Source of the DNA: Haliotis cracherodii
Lineage: Eukaryota
Reading direction: 5' to 3'
Assembly: GCF_022045235.1 (NCBI RefSeq)
Contig: NW_027266266.1
Location: 1,550,001 to 1,614,000 of the forward strand
Length of the DNA: 64,000 nt
The position numbers were made by a program, and so were the translations under genes. How positions within the stretch are numbered: position 1 is the first letter of the stretch; every line of letters begins with the position of its first letter. The notes beneath the pieces were generated by a model. It was not told where the DNA came from, did not search any database, and was given only the letters and a program-made list of their open reading frames with translations. Positions 63,274 through 64,000 of this stretch are shown here, piece after piece.

Positions 63274-64000
63274 ATAACAACTGTAAAACCCTGCAGTTAG
63301 TCTGGGTTATCACCTACTTGAGGGCGTAGATGTGATTTATAATGCTATAACAACTTAAAACCCTGCAGTCAGGCTGGGTTATCACCTACTTGAGGGCGTA
63401 GATGTGATTTATAATGCTATAACAACTTAAAACCCTGCAGTCAGTCTGGGTTATCACCTACTTGAGGGCGTAGATGTGATTTATAATGCTATAACAACTT
63501 AAAACCCTGCAATCAGTCTGGGTTATCACCTACTTGAGGGCGTAGATGTGATTTATAATGCTATAACAACTGTAAAACCCTGCAGTCAGTCTGGGTTATC
63601 ACCTACTTGAGGGCGTAGATGTGATTTATAATGCTATAACAACTTAAAACCCTGCAATCAGTCTGGGTTATCACCTACTTGAGGGCGTAGATGTGATTTA
63701 TAATGCTATAACAACTTAAAACCCTGCAGTCAGTCTGGGTTATCACCTACTTGAGGGCGTAGATGTGATTTATAATGCTATAACAACTTAAAACCCTGCA
63801 ATCAGTCTGGGTTATCACCTACTTGAGGGCGTAGATGTGATTTATAATGCTATAACAACTTAAAACCCTGCAGTCAGTCTGGGTTATCACCTACTTGAGG
63901 GCGTAGATGTGATTTATAATGCTATAACAACTTAAAACCCTGCAGTCAGTCTGGGTTATCACCTACTTGAGGGCGTAGATGTGATTTATAATGCTATAAC
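63274..64000. repeat. 72-bp minisatellite (10 copies, runs off the window)
   Basis: Unit aaaaccctgcagtcagtctgggttatcacctacttgagggcgtagatgtgatttataatgctataacaactt. Confidence 0.96.

Noticed and set aside
2485-64000. CRISPR-like appearance of regular repeats
   Set aside because: Units are head-to-tail with no unique spacers, there are no cas genes, and the context is eukaryotic.

Overview
Repeat-rich animal genomic DNA. The gene content and SINE types point to a mollusc, probably a gastropod such as abalone; this is inferred from recalled repeat families and was not verified. Three genes are supported: (1) the first three coding exons of an SGSM1/2-type RUN-domain gene on the minus strand, continuing off the left edge; (2) a complete VPS33A gene on the plus strand, head-to-head with SGSM, with 15 common exons plus two alternative, homologous last exons (615 or 614 aa); (3) a two-exon, 396-aa divergent nAChR-like Cys-loop receptor lacking the ACh-binding residues, enclosed by a pair of long inverted repeats. 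Mobile DNA includes a deleted Ty1/copia fragment, a dead Tc1 element with TIRs, tRNA-derived SINEs, MITEs and a long palindrome. Standout observations: many minisatellites are built from real splice sites and stack tens of donor or acceptor copies next to exons; an abundant SINE-like family has no tRNA head but a fixed 5' end that can fold into a pseudoknotted, ribozyme-like RNA; and VPS33A has a duplicated terminal exon. Most long ORFs in the supplied track are artefacts of tandem repeats.
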